From the NCBI GenBank assembly GCA_027492035.1, contig JAOZFT010000035.1:32001-96000 (forward strand): DNA of 64,000 nt, in the 5' to 3' direction. The notes under the pieces were generated by a model. The model searched no databases and was not told the origin of the DNA. It saw nothing but the letters and a program-made list of their open reading frames with translations. Of this stretch, positions 8,464-18,545 are shown piece by piece. This DNA comes from Thermoproteota archaeon. Lineage in GTDB: Archaea > Korarchaeota > JAOZGF01 > JAOZFZ01. The position numbers and the translations under genes were made by a program. Position 1 is the stretch's first letter. The number at the start of each line of letters is the position of its first letter.

Positions 8464-10917
8464 ATGGTTGCCCACTACGGTGTTCAGCAAGTAAAAAATA
8501 GAAATAAATCATTGGAGAAAGAGTTTATAAGCATGATCATAAAGAAAGGAATAAGTAAGTTAGAGGAAGAATATCCACTACCTCGCCACACGGAGAAAAA
8601 TGCTTTCATATTAACTGACTCATCCGGTAAAATATTGGCTGCAAACGAAAACATTGAAAAAATTCTGAAATACAATGAAACTGAATTGTTAGGAAGAAGT
8701 TTCCTCTCCCTTTTCACTCCACAAATTCAAGGGCATTTATTAGCTGTTTTTAACTCCTTATCAGCTATATCAACAAAAACAGGTAGAGAATTTTCAGTAC
8801 TTCTTTCTTCTTTCGAATTAATGGATAAAAATGGTTCAAAGATCCCAATTAAAACATATCTTGCTCAGCTAAATCTTAACAACAAGAAATATTTTCTTTT
8901 CCTTTTTAAAAAGGATTCAAAAAAACAAGAAAAAATTGAAAAAACAAAGAAAATCACGGAAAGAATAAGTAGCTATGCATATAACATACTTGACTTCTTC
9001 CCAGAAGCCACAATACTCTTTGATGCAGAAGGGAAAATAATCTACTGTAACAATGCAGCTAAAGAAATTTTGGGGTACGAAAAAAATGAATTGATAGGTA
9101 AGAAAATAACTTCACTTTTCTCAAAAAAATACCGAAAATGGTTTGAAGAAAAACATCTCCCCTTTCTTAGAAGCCTGAAATTTTTTAAACCTCATTATCA
9201 TTTAGAAAAGGAGGTTGTTACAAAAGATGGAGAAACTATCAAAATGGAAACACGGGTTTCAATTCCCAAACACACAGACAAAAAAGACTTTTTAGGCATC
9301 GTCACACTTAAACCCATTTTCTCAATTAAGACGGGCAAAATTCTTTTGCCAAGTGGAAAAGAATTGAAGGAAACATCAGAAGCATTCAAAGAACTGCTGT
9401 TGACAAGCTTGGATCATGCAAACTACGGCCTAATAATTTTAAACCCTAAAATGAAAATTGTTTGGGTAAACAAATGGATTGAAAGATTTTATGGTTTGAA
9501 AAAGGAAGAAACGATAGGGAGAGGCAAAAAAGAAATCATTAAAGAGAAAATTAAATGGTTTTTTGAAAACCCAGACGAATTTGAACGTAGAATACTGGAA
9601 ACCTACGAAAAAAACCTTTACTTAAGCAAAGCAATATTCCATGTTTTACCTGGGGAGAAAAGGATGGATAAGTACGTAGAATACTCTAGCTATCCAATAA
9701 CTGCAGGAGATTTCCAAGGTGGAAGAATAGAAATTTACTATGATGTAACAGAAAGAGTGGAAAAGGAGAGGGAACTTGAGCAACTTAAAGAATTTAATGA
9801 GAGAATAGTTGAGAGTTTGAATGAAGGGTTATTGTTGGAAAATGAGAAGGGGAAAATAATTTTTGTTAACTCAAAACTCTGTGAAATGCTTGGGTACAAT
9901 GAGAAAGAATTAATAAATCATCACTGGTCAAAAATAGTCCCTGAAAAATACTTGAAAATTGTCCAGGAGGAAACTGATAAGAGGCCCTATGGCGTGGCTA
10001 GCACATATGAAACTTTCCTCTTAACTAAGGAAGGAAAAGAAATCCCGGTAATTGTTTCAGCCACTCCTTTATTTGAAAATGGAGTATATAAAGGCGTGAT
10101 ATCTTCACTTATAGAAATAAAGGAGAGGAAAGAACTGGAGGAGAAGTTAAGGAAAAGTTATGAGGAATTGTCCAGCTTTGCTCACCATGTTTCCCATGAA
10201 TTGAAAGAACCCTTAAGGAGCATGACTCTTTTTTCAATCTGTTTAAAGGAAAAACTTGAAAAAATAGACGTGGATCAAGTTTTGCGCAAAGAAATGGATG
10301 ACTACCTTTCAAGGGTAATTAAAGCTGGTAAAAGATTAAATGCAATGGTTAATGAGACCCTGAAACTAGCTTCTGTAGAAGCTGAAACTGAACCTCCTGA
10401 ACCAATTGACTTAAATGAATTATTAAATGATGTTCTTTTCGACCTTGAAGCGTTAATAAGGGAAAAAAATGCTAAAATAGTTGTGGAAAAACCATTACCT
10501 AAAATAATGGGTAGGAAAACACAAATATGTGAAGTTTTCCAAAACCTGGTCAGCAACGCTTTAAAATTCAATGATAAACCAAACCCCAGAGTTGAAATAG
10601 GTTATAGAAAAGAAAACATGCACAGCGTGTTCTATGTAAAAGATAATGGGATAGGAATGAAGGAAGAGGACATAACCAAAATATTCATTCCTTTTCTAAG
10701 GTTAAAAAATAGTAGAGAGTATCCGGGGACAGGTCTTGGTTTATCTGTAGTTAAGAAAATAATTGAGAGGCATAACGGTAAAATATGGGTTGAAAGCCAA
10801 CCCGGGAAGGGAAGCACGTTCTTTTTTACACTTCCATCCGCCCTACTCAAAAAGTCCTCGTCCCCCGCCTCTCCGCTCGGGGGGGGGGGTGGTTCTACGC
10901 AAGATAAAAAAAAGTAA
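8464..10917 (+). CDS. Cytoplasmic multi-PAS sensor histidine kinase
   Basis: Four PAS-like repeats; H-box VSHELKEPL, N-box FQNLVSNALKF, DNGIG, GTGLGL, GSTFFF. Confidence 0.92.
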   Translation: MVAHYGVQQVKNRNKSLEKEFISMIIKKGISKLEEEYPLPRHTEKNAFILTDSSGKILAANENIEKILKYNETELLGRSFLSLFTPQIQGHLLAVFNSLSAISTKTGREFSVLLSSFELMDKNGSKIPIKTYLAQLNLNNKKYFLFLFKKDSKKQEKIEKTKKITERISSYAYNILDFFPEATILFDAEGKIIYCNNAAKEILGYEKNELIGKKITSLFSKKYRKWFEEKHLPFLRSLKFFKPHYHLEKEVVTKDGETIKMETRVSIPKHTDKKDFLGIVTLKPIFSIKTGKILLPSGKELKETSEAFKELLLTSLDHANYGLIILNPKMKIVWVNKWIERFYGLKKEETIGRGKKEIIKEKIKWFFENPDEFERRILETYEKNLYLSKAIFHVLPGEKRMDKYVEYSSYPITAGDFQGGRIEIYYDVTERVEKERELEQLKEFNERIVESLNEGLLLENEKGKIIFVNSKLCEMLGYNEKELINHHWSKIVPEKYLKIVQEETDKRPYGVASTYETFLLTKEGKEIPVIVSATPLFENGVYKGVISSLIEIKERKELEEKLRKSYEELSSFAHHVSHELKEPLRSMTLFSICLKEKLEKIDVDQVLRKEMDDYLSRVIKAGKRLNAMVNETLKLASVEAETEPPEPIDLNELLNDVLFDLEALIREKNAKIVVEKPLPKIMGRKTQICEVFQNLVSNALKFNDKPNPRVEIGYRKENMHSVFYVKDNGIGMKEEDITKIFIPFLRLKNSREYPGTGLGLSVVKKIIERHNGKIWVESQPGKGSTFFFTLPSALLKKSSSPASPLGGGGGSTQDKKK
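10879..10889 (+). repeat. G11 homopolymer in a GC-rich patch at the kinase 3' end
   Basis: ctc-ggggggggggg-tgg; can pair with the upstream cccccgcctctcc. Confidence 0.8.
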
Positions 10918-11012
10918 CATTTAAAACTACAACACACCTTTACCCTAAAAGCCCACAAAGAAGTATGTTAACAACTTTTTAAAAATGCAGTTAAGGTTTT
11001 AGAGGCAAAAAG

Positions 11013-11348
11013 ATGTTTTATTTTCTTTCTTTCAGCTTGTCCTCCAGAATAGCCAATTTATTGATTTCTTGGTTCATTTTAGCAATCGCTGTCTGGTTAA
11101 GTCAAAAACTTGTATTAATTAAAGAAAAAGAAAAGGGGTTTTTATCCTGCCTATTTTTATCTCTTGCAGGGAATCTAGTAGGTTCTGTGTTGATTTGGAT
11201 TCATCCATTGGGAACAGTATTGGTTGCTTTTATCTGGGTTTTACTTATAAAAGTTTGGTTTGAAACTGGATGGCTTCAAGCAATAGTTATAGCTGCTGTA
11301 GCTTGGGTAGTGGAAATAGTGATAAGCCGCCTAAAGATTCATTTTTAA
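11013..11348 (+). CDS. Small hydrophobic membrane protein (about 4 TM)
   Basis: 111 aa, almost entirely hydrophobic; FETGWLQAIVIA motif. Confidence 0.65.
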   Translation: MFYFLSFSLSSRIANLLISWFILAIAVWLSQKLVLIKEKEKGFLSCLFLSLAGNLVGSVLIWIHPLGTVLVAFIWVLLIKVWFETGWLQAIVIAAVAWVVEIVISRLKIHF

Positions 11349-12238
11349 ATCATTCTTTCAATGTTAAACTCTGCAAGTTTAATGAGTTTCTCTTTAGCTT
11401 GGCAATTCGTAAACGTGTTCAATGAATTCAAAGCCTTTCTTGTGTACTCCAAAGTTTTTTCTGAAGCCCTCTTCAAAGCTTCCTCTAAACTAAGCCCCTT
11501 TCTTTTGAGCAGTAAAGGGTAGGAGGGTCTACCTAAAACCAAATCCCTCAATGAGTCCTTTCCTGTCTGAAGAGAATTGTTTGAAAAATCTAGAATGTCA
11601 TCCTTTATTTGGAAAGCTACTCCTAAATTTAGACCGTAACTTCTTAAAGCCTGAAGTTCCTTTTGGCTACCTCCACCTAGAATTCCTCCTGAAACAGCTG
11701 AGGCTTTAAAAAGTTCAGCTGTTTTTTTAAAAGCTACTCTCAAGTAATCTTCTTCATTGAAACCGTTTCCCACTGTAGAAATAGAATCCAAATATTCACC
11801 TTCACACAATATCTTCGTGGCATGGCTTAATATAGCAAACACCTTTCTCATTTTCTTCAAGTCAGGGATGTTAAGGATTGATCTCACCACCTCTGAAAGC
11901 ACAAAGTCAGCAAGCAAAATAGCTGTAGTTAACCCATACCTTTTGTGAAAAGCAATTTTTCCTCTTCTGAAAGCAGCCATATCTATTATGTCATCGTGTA
12001 TCAAGGAAGATGCATGAATCAATTCCACAGCCAAAGCAGCAGGTAAAGCTGATTTAGCCTCTCCACCAACTATCTCAGCTGAAGCCAGCGCAATCGACGG
12101 CCGCATCCTTTTCCCAGTGGACAAAAAGAAATCCTTAAAAAGGGAACCTAAGGCATGTTTAGACCAACTGCGTACCTTTTCTTCTGCATACCTTTGAAAC
12201 ATTTTAATTTCTTCAGAAAAGATTTCTTGCAGCATCAT
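11345..12238 (-). CDS. trans-Polyprenyl diphosphate synthase
   Basis: GKRMRP, FARM LIHDDIID..RRG, KTA, SARM FQIKDDILD. Confidence 0.92.
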   Translation of the reverse strand: MMLQEIFSEEIKMFQRYAEEKVRSWSKHALGSLFKDFFLSTGKRMRPSIALASAEIVGGEAKSALPAALAVELIHASSLIHDDIIDMAAFRRGKIAFHKRYGLTTAILLADFVLSEVVRSILNIPDLKKMRKVFAILSHATKILCEGEYLDSISTVGNGFNEEDYLRVAFKKTAELFKASAVSGGILGGGSQKELQALRSYGLNLGVAFQIKDDILDFSNNSLQTGKDSLRDLVLGRPSYPLLLKRKGLSLEEALKRASEKTLEYTRKALNSLNTFTNCQAKEKLIKLAEFNIERMI

Positions 12239-12658
12239 TTGTTAGCATCTTCCTTTTCATTTCTTCCTAACTTTAACATACTTTAAAATACTTCTTTAAA
12301 GAGAAATCTATCATAGAGATTCCTTCAAGAAACCAACTTTTTAAATTTTTACTTTCTTAAAAACAAAAGGTTTTGTGTAGAGTTAAATTCCATATTTTTA
12401 TGGAAAAGGAAAGAGTAGTAACGTTTCTAAAATGAAAATTTGAAGACTCGTTAACAGTTAATTGTGTTTCTGATCAAGGGACTACTCCCTTTTAAAAGAG
12501 AACAATTGATCACTTAAAATTTAAAGAAAGATTCTGAAAAAGAAAAATATTCCCTTGTTTAATAAATTGCTCTCCTAAATTTAGTCGATAACTTTATTTA
12601 ATGAAAAAATCATAATGTAATTTATAACATAAAAAATTTCCCTTAAAAACAAAATTTA

Positions 12659-12970
12659 GTGGTTGAATTGGTTCAAAAATTAATTCAAAACACGGAGTTA
12701 AAAAAACTGGCTTTTTTCTTGAAAGCTTTAGGGAACCCCACTAGACTAAAAATTCTTTTTCTAGTAGCTAACTCTGAAAAGCCTTTACATATTAAAGCGG
12801 TTGTTAAGAAGTTGGGAATGGACTACGCAGCGACCTATAGACACATTAAAATGCTTGAAAAGGCACAAATAATAAAAATATTTGAAGTTGGAAGGTCTCG
12901 GGTTCTGGCTGTAAATAAATCAAGAGAAATATTCCAAGTCTTAGATTACGTTAAAAAATGTGTATCTTAA
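12659..12970 (+). CDS. ArsR/SmtB-family winged-helix regulator
   Basis: KALGNPTRLKIL...HIKMLEKAQII. Confidence 0.8.
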   Translation: MVELVQKLIQNTELKKLAFFLKALGNPTRLKILFLVANSEKPLHIKAVVKKLGMDYAATYRHIKMLEKAQIIKIFEVGRSRVLAVNKSREIFQVLDYVKKCVS

Positions 12971-13221
12971 CATTATTTACTTTTCCTTGGGTAACATGAA
13001 TTCACTCTTCTAAATCACTTTATTAACTTCAACATAGAACTAGAAGGTTTCTTCTTGGGAACAAGGGTCCCTTAACATTCAGTTGCTACTCTTAAACCGC
13101 ACCTATTGTTTCTGTGTTTTTCAACGGAATTATGACTTTTATTTTAAATTTTTCATGCGTAAAATTTAAATAATATATGCCTTTGTGAATAATTATTTTG
13201 CCATAAATTGTAAATTGGGGT

Positions 13222-13779
13222 TTGATAATGGCTAGGAACAGTAAAGAATTAAAAGGCTCTGAAGTGAAAAAGTTGACTTTAATTTCTGTGTTAGCTGCCC
13301 TTTCGGTTGTTTTGAAATTTTCCCCCTTAAAAATCCCGTTTCCTTTGCTTCCATATATAAAATTCGACTTAATTGAGCTTCCGCTGCTATTTGCTTTCTT
13401 TGTTTTAGGTTTACGTCTAAGCTTAGTCGGAGGAGTTGTCATGGGCTTCTCAATAGCTGTTTTCAATCCTGGAAGTGCTTTCATGAAATTCTTAGCTTTT
13501 ACTTCTACAATGCTTCCGCTCACCTTTTTCTGGAGAAACAATAAATGGTTAAGAAATAAATACCTTGGTTATCTCTCCTCTGTCCTTTCTAGAGTAGCAA
13601 TTATGGCAGTAGCAAATCTTTTAATAACCCCCCTTATCCATAATATACCTGTAGAATTTGTCCTAAAAATATTGCCTTTTATTTGCTTGTTTAATTTAGT
13701 AGCTGCAAGTTACAATGTTTTAGGTGGATACTGGATTTACTTAGCTGTGGAAAAACGCATAGGCCGAATTTCTTTCTGA
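13222..13779 (+). CDS. ECF transporter S-component (RibU/PanT-like)
   Basis: LAALSVVL..IPFPLLPYIKFDLIELP motif; about 6 TM helices; FNL near the C-terminus. Confidence 0.75.
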   Translation: MIMARNSKELKGSEVKKLTLISVLAALSVVLKFSPLKIPFPLLPYIKFDLIELPLLFAFFVLGLRLSLVGGVVMGFSIAVFNPGSAFMKFLAFTSTMLPLTFFWRNNKWLRNKYLGYLSSVLSRVAIMAVANLLITPLIHNIPVEFVLKILPFICLFNLVAASYNVLGGYWIYLAVEKRIGRISF

Positions 13780-13813
13780 ATGAAAATCCTCATGTAACCA
13801 GCTTCCTGAACTA

Positions 13814-15061
13814 TTAAGTTAATTTTTCTATTTGTTTAAGAACTTCTATAAATTTATCTATTTCATCTTTCGTGTTGTAAAGGTAAAAACTTGCTCTCGT
13901 AGATCCTGAAACAGCCTTTACTTCCTTTAATTCATGCAGAGGCTGTGCGCAATGGAAGCCGCTTCTAACAGCTATTCCCTGTTCATCAAGTAATAAAGCT
14001 GTTTCGTGAGGGCTTAAACCTTCAATATTAAACGATATTATCCCCCCTCTCTCTTCAACGTTTCTGGGTCCATAAATTACTGTTTTTTCAAGTTCCTCCT
14101 CCATCCTTTCCAAGGCATAGGAAGTAAGTTCCTTTTCATGTTTCCTTACATTATCCATTCCTATCTTTTCAAGGTAATCTATTGCTGCACTTAACCCTAC
14201 CCCTCCTGCAATGTTAGGGGTTCCTGCCTCGAATTTCCAAGGCAATTCGTTCCAGTTTATTTTGAACTCTTCTTTTTCGTAATGGACAGAACTTATCATA
14301 TCTCCCCCTCCTAGGAATGGATTCATTTCATCTAAAACATCCCTCCTTCCGTAAAGCACTCCTATACCAGTCGGTCCAAGCATTTTATGTCCACTGAATA
14401 CCAAAAAGTCACAATTCATGTCTTTAACATTTATTTCCATATGAGGAACTGACTGGGCGGCATCAATTAAGGCTAAGGCTCCATGTTCATGAGCTATTTC
14501 ACAAATTTCCTTTACATCATTTATTGTACCTAAAAAATTTGAAACATGAGTTACTGCAACAATTCTTGTCCTATTATTTATTTTTTGTTCAAGTTCATCC
14601 TTTTTAAGTTTCCCTTCACTTGTTACCCCCACTACCTTCACTTTTAGCTTCCTTATTTTTGAAATAAGGTACCAAGGCACAATGTTGCTATGGTGCTCCA
14701 TAACAGTAGTAATTATCTCATCTCCCTCTTTTAGTTTCCATAAACCAAGGGAATAAGCTACTAAATTTATTGCTTCCGTGGTATTCCTTACAAAAATTAT
14801 TTCTCTCCACTTATCAGCCTTTATGAACTTAGCTACTTTTATATGGGCTTCTTCATAAAGTTCAGAAGCTTCTTGGCTCAACAAATGGACTCCTCGGTGG
14901 ATATTAGCATTTTTTTCCCTGTAAAAGTTATTTATTGCTTCAATTACTTGTTTAGGCTTTTGTGAAGTTGCTGTGTTGTCAAAATAAATCAAAGGTTTAC
15001 CTTGAATTTTCCTTTTCAAAATAGGGAAGTCCTCCCTTATTTTCTCAACGTTGCACCCCAT
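13814..15061 (-). CDS. sufS: Cysteine desulfurase, SufS type
   Basis: YFDNTATSQKP, EHHSN, PLP Lys in SGHKMLGPTG, catalytic RSGFHCAQP. Confidence 0.95.
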   Translation of the reverse strand: MGCNVEKIREDFPILKRKIQGKPLIYFDNTATSQKPKQVIEAINNFYREKNANIHRGVHLLSQEASELYEEAHIKVAKFIKADKWREIIFVRNTTEAINLVAYSLGLWKLKEGDEIITTVMEHHSNIVPWYLISKIRKLKVKVVGVTSEGKLKKDELEQKINNRTRIVAVTHVSNFLGTINDVKEICEIAHEHGALALIDAAQSVPHMEINVKDMNCDFLVFSGHKMLGPTGIGVLYGRRDVLDEMNPFLGGGDMISSVHYEKEEFKINWNELPWKFEAGTPNIAGGVGLSAAIDYLEKIGMDNVRKHEKELTSYALERMEEELEKTVIYGPRNVEERGGIISFNIEGLSPHETALLLDEQGIAVRSGFHCAQPLHELKEVKAVSGSTRASFYLYNTKDEIDKFIEVLKQIEKLT

Positions 15062-15095
15062 AAACTGCCTCTCCTTTCAAACTTTTTGGAAAAGA

Positions 15096-16061
15096 TTAAA
15101 GAAAGCAGTCAGCCATTGCTTTGCAAGAAACGTAAGGCATTTCCTTATCAATTCCTTCAAGGCATGACTGGACAGAAAAAGCCGCTAGTGCTCCATCACC
15201 TACAGCTGATGATATTTGACCAGCTGAAGCTGATCTACAATCACCAGCAGCGAAAATACCAGGTTCTGAAGTCCTCAAATACTTATCAGTCAAAATAAAC
15301 CCCTTTTCATCCTTCTTTACATCTATAAAACCTGTGTTAGGTACTCTCCCAATATAAATGAACAAGGCATCAACTCCAATTATTTTTTCAACATTGTTTT
15401 TTAAATTTTTAACCACTATCCCCCTAACTTCTCCATTTCCAATTATTTCCTTTACTGCTGTGTTCCAAATGAATTGTATCTTTTTATTTTGTAAAGCTTT
15501 TTCGCGCAAAACTTTCTGGGCTTTAAGTTCGTTTCTTCTGTGGATCAGCAAAACCTTCTTAGCTATTTTAGTTAGGAACAATGCTTCAGTGACAGCTGCA
15601 TCACCGCCACCCACTACTGCAACTTCTTTATTCTTGAAGAAGGGTCCATCACAAGTTGCACAGTAAGAAACTCCCCTACCTAAAAATTCCTTTTCTCCCT
15701 TAACTCCAAGTTTTTTCGGCTCTGAACCAGAAGCAACAATTACTGTTAACCCCTTTACTTCACCCATGTTTGTTTCAATCACTTTTTCATTTCGTTGAGT
15801 AAGTTTCACTTTCGTGACTTCAGCTGTAACTATTTTTAACCCAAGCTTTTTCGCTTGAACTTCCATTTTTTTAGCTAATTCAGGTCCTGAAATAGATAAA
15901 TACCCGGGATAATTCTCTATTTTTTCAGTTAAATTCATTTGTCCACCCAAGACAGGTGACCTATCAACTAGAACTGCATCAAAACCAGCTCTGCATAAAT
16001 ATATTCCAGCAGTTAACCCTGCAGGTCCTCCACCAATAATAACTGCGTCATGTAAAAACAT
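15096..16061 (-). CDS. trxB: Thioredoxin reductase
   Basis: GGGPAG, GVSYCATCDG, GGGDAA, HRR, FAAGD. Confidence 0.93.
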   Translation of the reverse strand: MFLHDAVIIGGGPAGLTAGIYLCRAGFDAVLVDRSPVLGGQMNLTEKIENYPGYLSISGPELAKKMEVQAKKLGLKIVTAEVTKVKLTQRNEKVIETNMGEVKGLTVIVASGSEPKKLGVKGEKEFLGRGVSYCATCDGPFFKNKEVAVVGGGDAAVTEALFLTKIAKKVLLIHRRNELKAQKVLREKALQNKKIQFIWNTAVKEIIGNGEVRGIVVKNLKNNVEKIIGVDALFIYIGRVPNTGFIDVKKDEKGFILTDKYLRTSEPGIFAAGDCRSASAGQISSAVGDGALAAFSVQSCLEGIDKEMPYVSCKAMADCFL

Positions 16062-16173
16062 ATTATCACCCCTTCCAAGTTAAAAAGAGTGAAAATGTAG
16101 TTTTGCTAATTTTTAATTATTCCTCCCTGAAACTAAAAACTTGTTTTCTGGGCAGGTTTCTTTATAAAAGTGT

Positions 16174-17016
16174 TTAATTCCTTCTTAAGGTTGGAATTTT
16201 CTCTCTGTTTAAGTAGTTGTAATCTCTTGGCTCAAAATAAACTTTTATTTTTCCTTTTAGCCAGTCTCTGATCACTATTTTTGCCACTTCGCCAAGTTTT
16301 ACTTCTCCCCTTCCTGAAACTAACCCTCTTATTTTCCCAATCCCTTTCAGTATTTTTAAAGGTTCTTTCTCCTTTACTCCATACACCTCCTCGAACACCT
16401 TGCCTTTTTTCTTCATCAATTTTTTAATTAATTCAATAGCTGAAACAACGGGGTCAGTTATTTTTTCAGGTTCTATGCATCCTTTAAACACAGCTTCAAC
16501 TTCATTTTTCTCCCTATAAACTCCTGGTGTATCTAGAACCTTTAGCCAAGTAGAGGCTTTGATCAATGTGGATTTTTTTGTGAAACCAGGTTTAGGGGAG
16601 GTGCCAACTGAATGCTTCCCTTTTAAAATATTTATTATTGCTGATTTGCCTGTGTTGGGGTAACCTACAACTGCTGCTTTAACTGGTTTATTGCTGATTT
16701 TCTCTTTAGCTACTTTTTTAATTATGAACCATAGCTTCTTTGTTCCAAGTCTTTCTCTTGCACTGATGTAAACAGTTAGAAACTCTTTAGAAAAAACTCT
16801 TCTCCATTGTTCCAAAACGCTCCTTGGAACCAAATCCGATTTATTTATCACTATGACTATATTTTTACCTGATTTTAGAGCATATTTTTCGATTTCTTTG
16901 TTCCTTGTTCCTTCAGGGTTCCTTGCATCCACTACCTCCAAAACCAAGTCAGCTTCAGAAATAAGTTTCTTAACCTGTACCCATTTCCTTCTCTCAAAAA
17001 ACAAGGGAATTAACAC
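16174..17016 (-). CDS. Circularly permuted GTPase, YlqF/RbgA/MJ1464 family
   Basis: DAR, NKSD (G4) and SA (G5) precede GYPNTGKS (G1), GFT (G2) and DTPG (G3). Confidence 0.9.
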   Translation of the reverse strand: MLIPLFFERRKWVQVKKLISEADLVLEVVDARNPEGTRNKEIEKYALKSGKNIVIVINKSDLVPRSVLEQWRRVFSKEFLTVYISARERLGTKKLWFIIKKVAKEKISNKPVKAAVVGYPNTGKSAIINILKGKHSVGTSPKPGFTKKSTLIKASTWLKVLDTPGVYREKNEVEAVFKGCIEPEKITDPVVSAIELIKKLMKKKGKVFEEVYGVKEKEPLKILKGIGKIRGLVSGRGEVKLGEVAKIVIRDWLKGKIKVYFEPRDYNYLNREKIPTLRRN

Positions 17017-17152
17017 CTTCTAAAATTGAACTTGCTGGGAAAGGAATATATTTAAAAATTTTCCCGGTTTTTTATAGAATCTAGAAAATGTAACCTAAAA
17101 ATTTCTCCCTTTTCCCGGAAATAACTCGGGGAAAATTGGTAGTTTTTGGTAG

Positions 17153-17917
17153 GTGAGTGGGTTAGGAATGAAATGTCCTAATTGCGGTTTTGAAAACGCT
17201 GATAGCGCTAAGTTCTGTGGAAAATGTGGGTACCCTTTAACAAGTGGAGGAAAAGAACCTCCTACTCCTGAAACATCTGTTGTCTCAGCACCTACTTCTG
17301 CTTCACAGCCTCCCACTCTAACCCTTCCACAGACACAGCCTCAACTATCTACCTCTACGGCTCAAGCTATTCCTTCCTCATCTACGCATTTCGGTTTCAA
17401 AACATGCCCTAACTGTGGCTATATACTTCCACCGGAAGCTTTTTATTGTAGCGTATGTGGGACAGCACTCGAAAAAACCACTGAAAAAGTTGAAGAAGGA
17501 AAGGTTATTCCTGCCGGTGTGGAAAAATCAACTCTTTCGGATGAAGTTGGTAAACTGATTACTGAAAGAGAGAAGCTCATTGAGAAAAGGAAGAAATTAA
17601 GGGAACTTTTTGAAAAGAAAGAGGTTGATGAAGAACTTTATCTTAAACTCGACTCAGAATACTCTCAAAAACTAAACTCAGTTGTAAGTGAGCTGGACAG
17701 TAAAAAAGTTGCTGTGGACGTTAGGTTGGAGGAAGTGGAAAACATAATCCTTCAAAAGAAAAAAGAGATAGAAGAATTAAGGGTACGGATGAAACTTGGT
17801 GAAGTGCCTCAAGATGAATTCCTTAAAAAGAAAGAAGAAACTGAGAAATTGCTTAACACTTTAGAAAAGGAAAAATCAGTCCTTGAAAAATCAAGGGAAA
17901 TAATAAAAATAAGTTAA
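17153..17917 (+). CDS. Double zinc-ribbon x2 protein with a C-terminal CdvA-like coiled coil (start may be ATG 17168)
   Basis: CPNCG..CGKCG, P/S/T linker, CPNCG..CSVCG; then LRELFEKKEVDEELY...RMKLGEVPQDEF, a CdvA-type helical repeat. Confidence 0.7.
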   Translation: MSGLGMKCPNCGFENADSAKFCGKCGYPLTSGGKEPPTPETSVVSAPTSASQPPTLTLPQTQPQLSTSTAQAIPSSSTHFGFKTCPNCGYILPPEAFYCSVCGTALEKTTEKVEEGKVIPAGVEKSTLSDEVGKLITEREKLIEKRKKLRELFEKKEVDEELYLKLDSEYSQKLNSVVSELDSKKVAVDVRLEEVENIILQKKKEIEELRVRMKLGEVPQDEFLKKKEETEKLLNTLEKEKSVLEKSREIIKIS

Positions 17918-18020
17918 AAAATTAAAAATTTTTAATCGAAGAAAAGAATAGGAAGGGGTAATTGTGTGTCCCTCTTTATTTTTAAAAAAGTCGAGGAAGG
18001 TTTTAGAGGTTTGAAATGAA

Positions 18021-18545
18021 ATGAGTGAAAATAGGCCTTTAGGAGTAACAATATTGGCTATATTGATGGCTATAGGTGGAATACTTGGCATAATAGGAGC
18101 TATCCAAATCCTAACTAATCCCTGGATAAGAATTGCTGCTGCACTAAGGGCAGTAAATATTGGGTTAATTTACTTTTCCCTTCTACTTTCTATAGTTGCT
18201 TTACCTATAGCTTACGGCTTCTGGACAGGCTTAACTTGGTCATGGTATGCAGGTTTAGCTGTGAGTGGTTTATCAGCAATTACAAACCTCCTACAATTAC
18301 CAGGTGGTATACTTGGGTTAATAATTGATGCAGTAGTAATTTACTATTTGCTTCAACCAAATGTTAAAGAATGGTTTAAGGTTATGGGTGGCCCTACGCT
18401 CCCGGAAATAAGTTTACAAGCTAAACCTTCAACTTCAGAACCGTCCTCAACCCCCCCTCCTGGAATGAAGTTCTGCGTAACTTGTAGAAGAGCTATCCCA
18501 TCCTCTAACGTGTACTGCCCATATTGTGGAGCCAAGCAACCTTAA
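18021..18545 (+). CDS. 4-TM membrane protein (RPxGVTILA family) with a C-terminal double zinc ribbon
   Basis: RPLGVTILAIL start, IYYLLQPNVKEWF, P/S linker, CVTC..CPYCG. Confidence 0.75.
   Translation: MSENRPLGVTILAILMAIGGILGIIGAIQILTNPWIRIAAALRAVNIGLIYFSLLLSIVALPIAYGFWTGLTWSWYAGLAVSGLSAITNLLQLPGGILGLIIDAVVIYYLLQPNVKEWFKVMGGPTLPEISLQAKPSTSEPSSTPPPGMKFCVTCRRAIPSSNVYCPYCGAKQP

Noticed and set aside
10879-10889. Phase-variable fusion of the kinase to a downstream domain via G11 slippage
   Set aside because: Both alternative frames stop within about 40 nt, so no fusion is possible
13040-13120. Minus-strand TETIGAV*..NVKGPLFP, faintly like a tnpB C-terminus
   Set aside because: Too short and degenerate; no zinc-finger remnant
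13143-13170. 10-bp inverted repeat tttaaatttt/aaaatttaaa upstream of the ECF S-component; similar AT palindromes at 39289 and 50641
   Set aside because: A/T-only palindromes are expected by chance at this composition; no riboswitch consensus recognised
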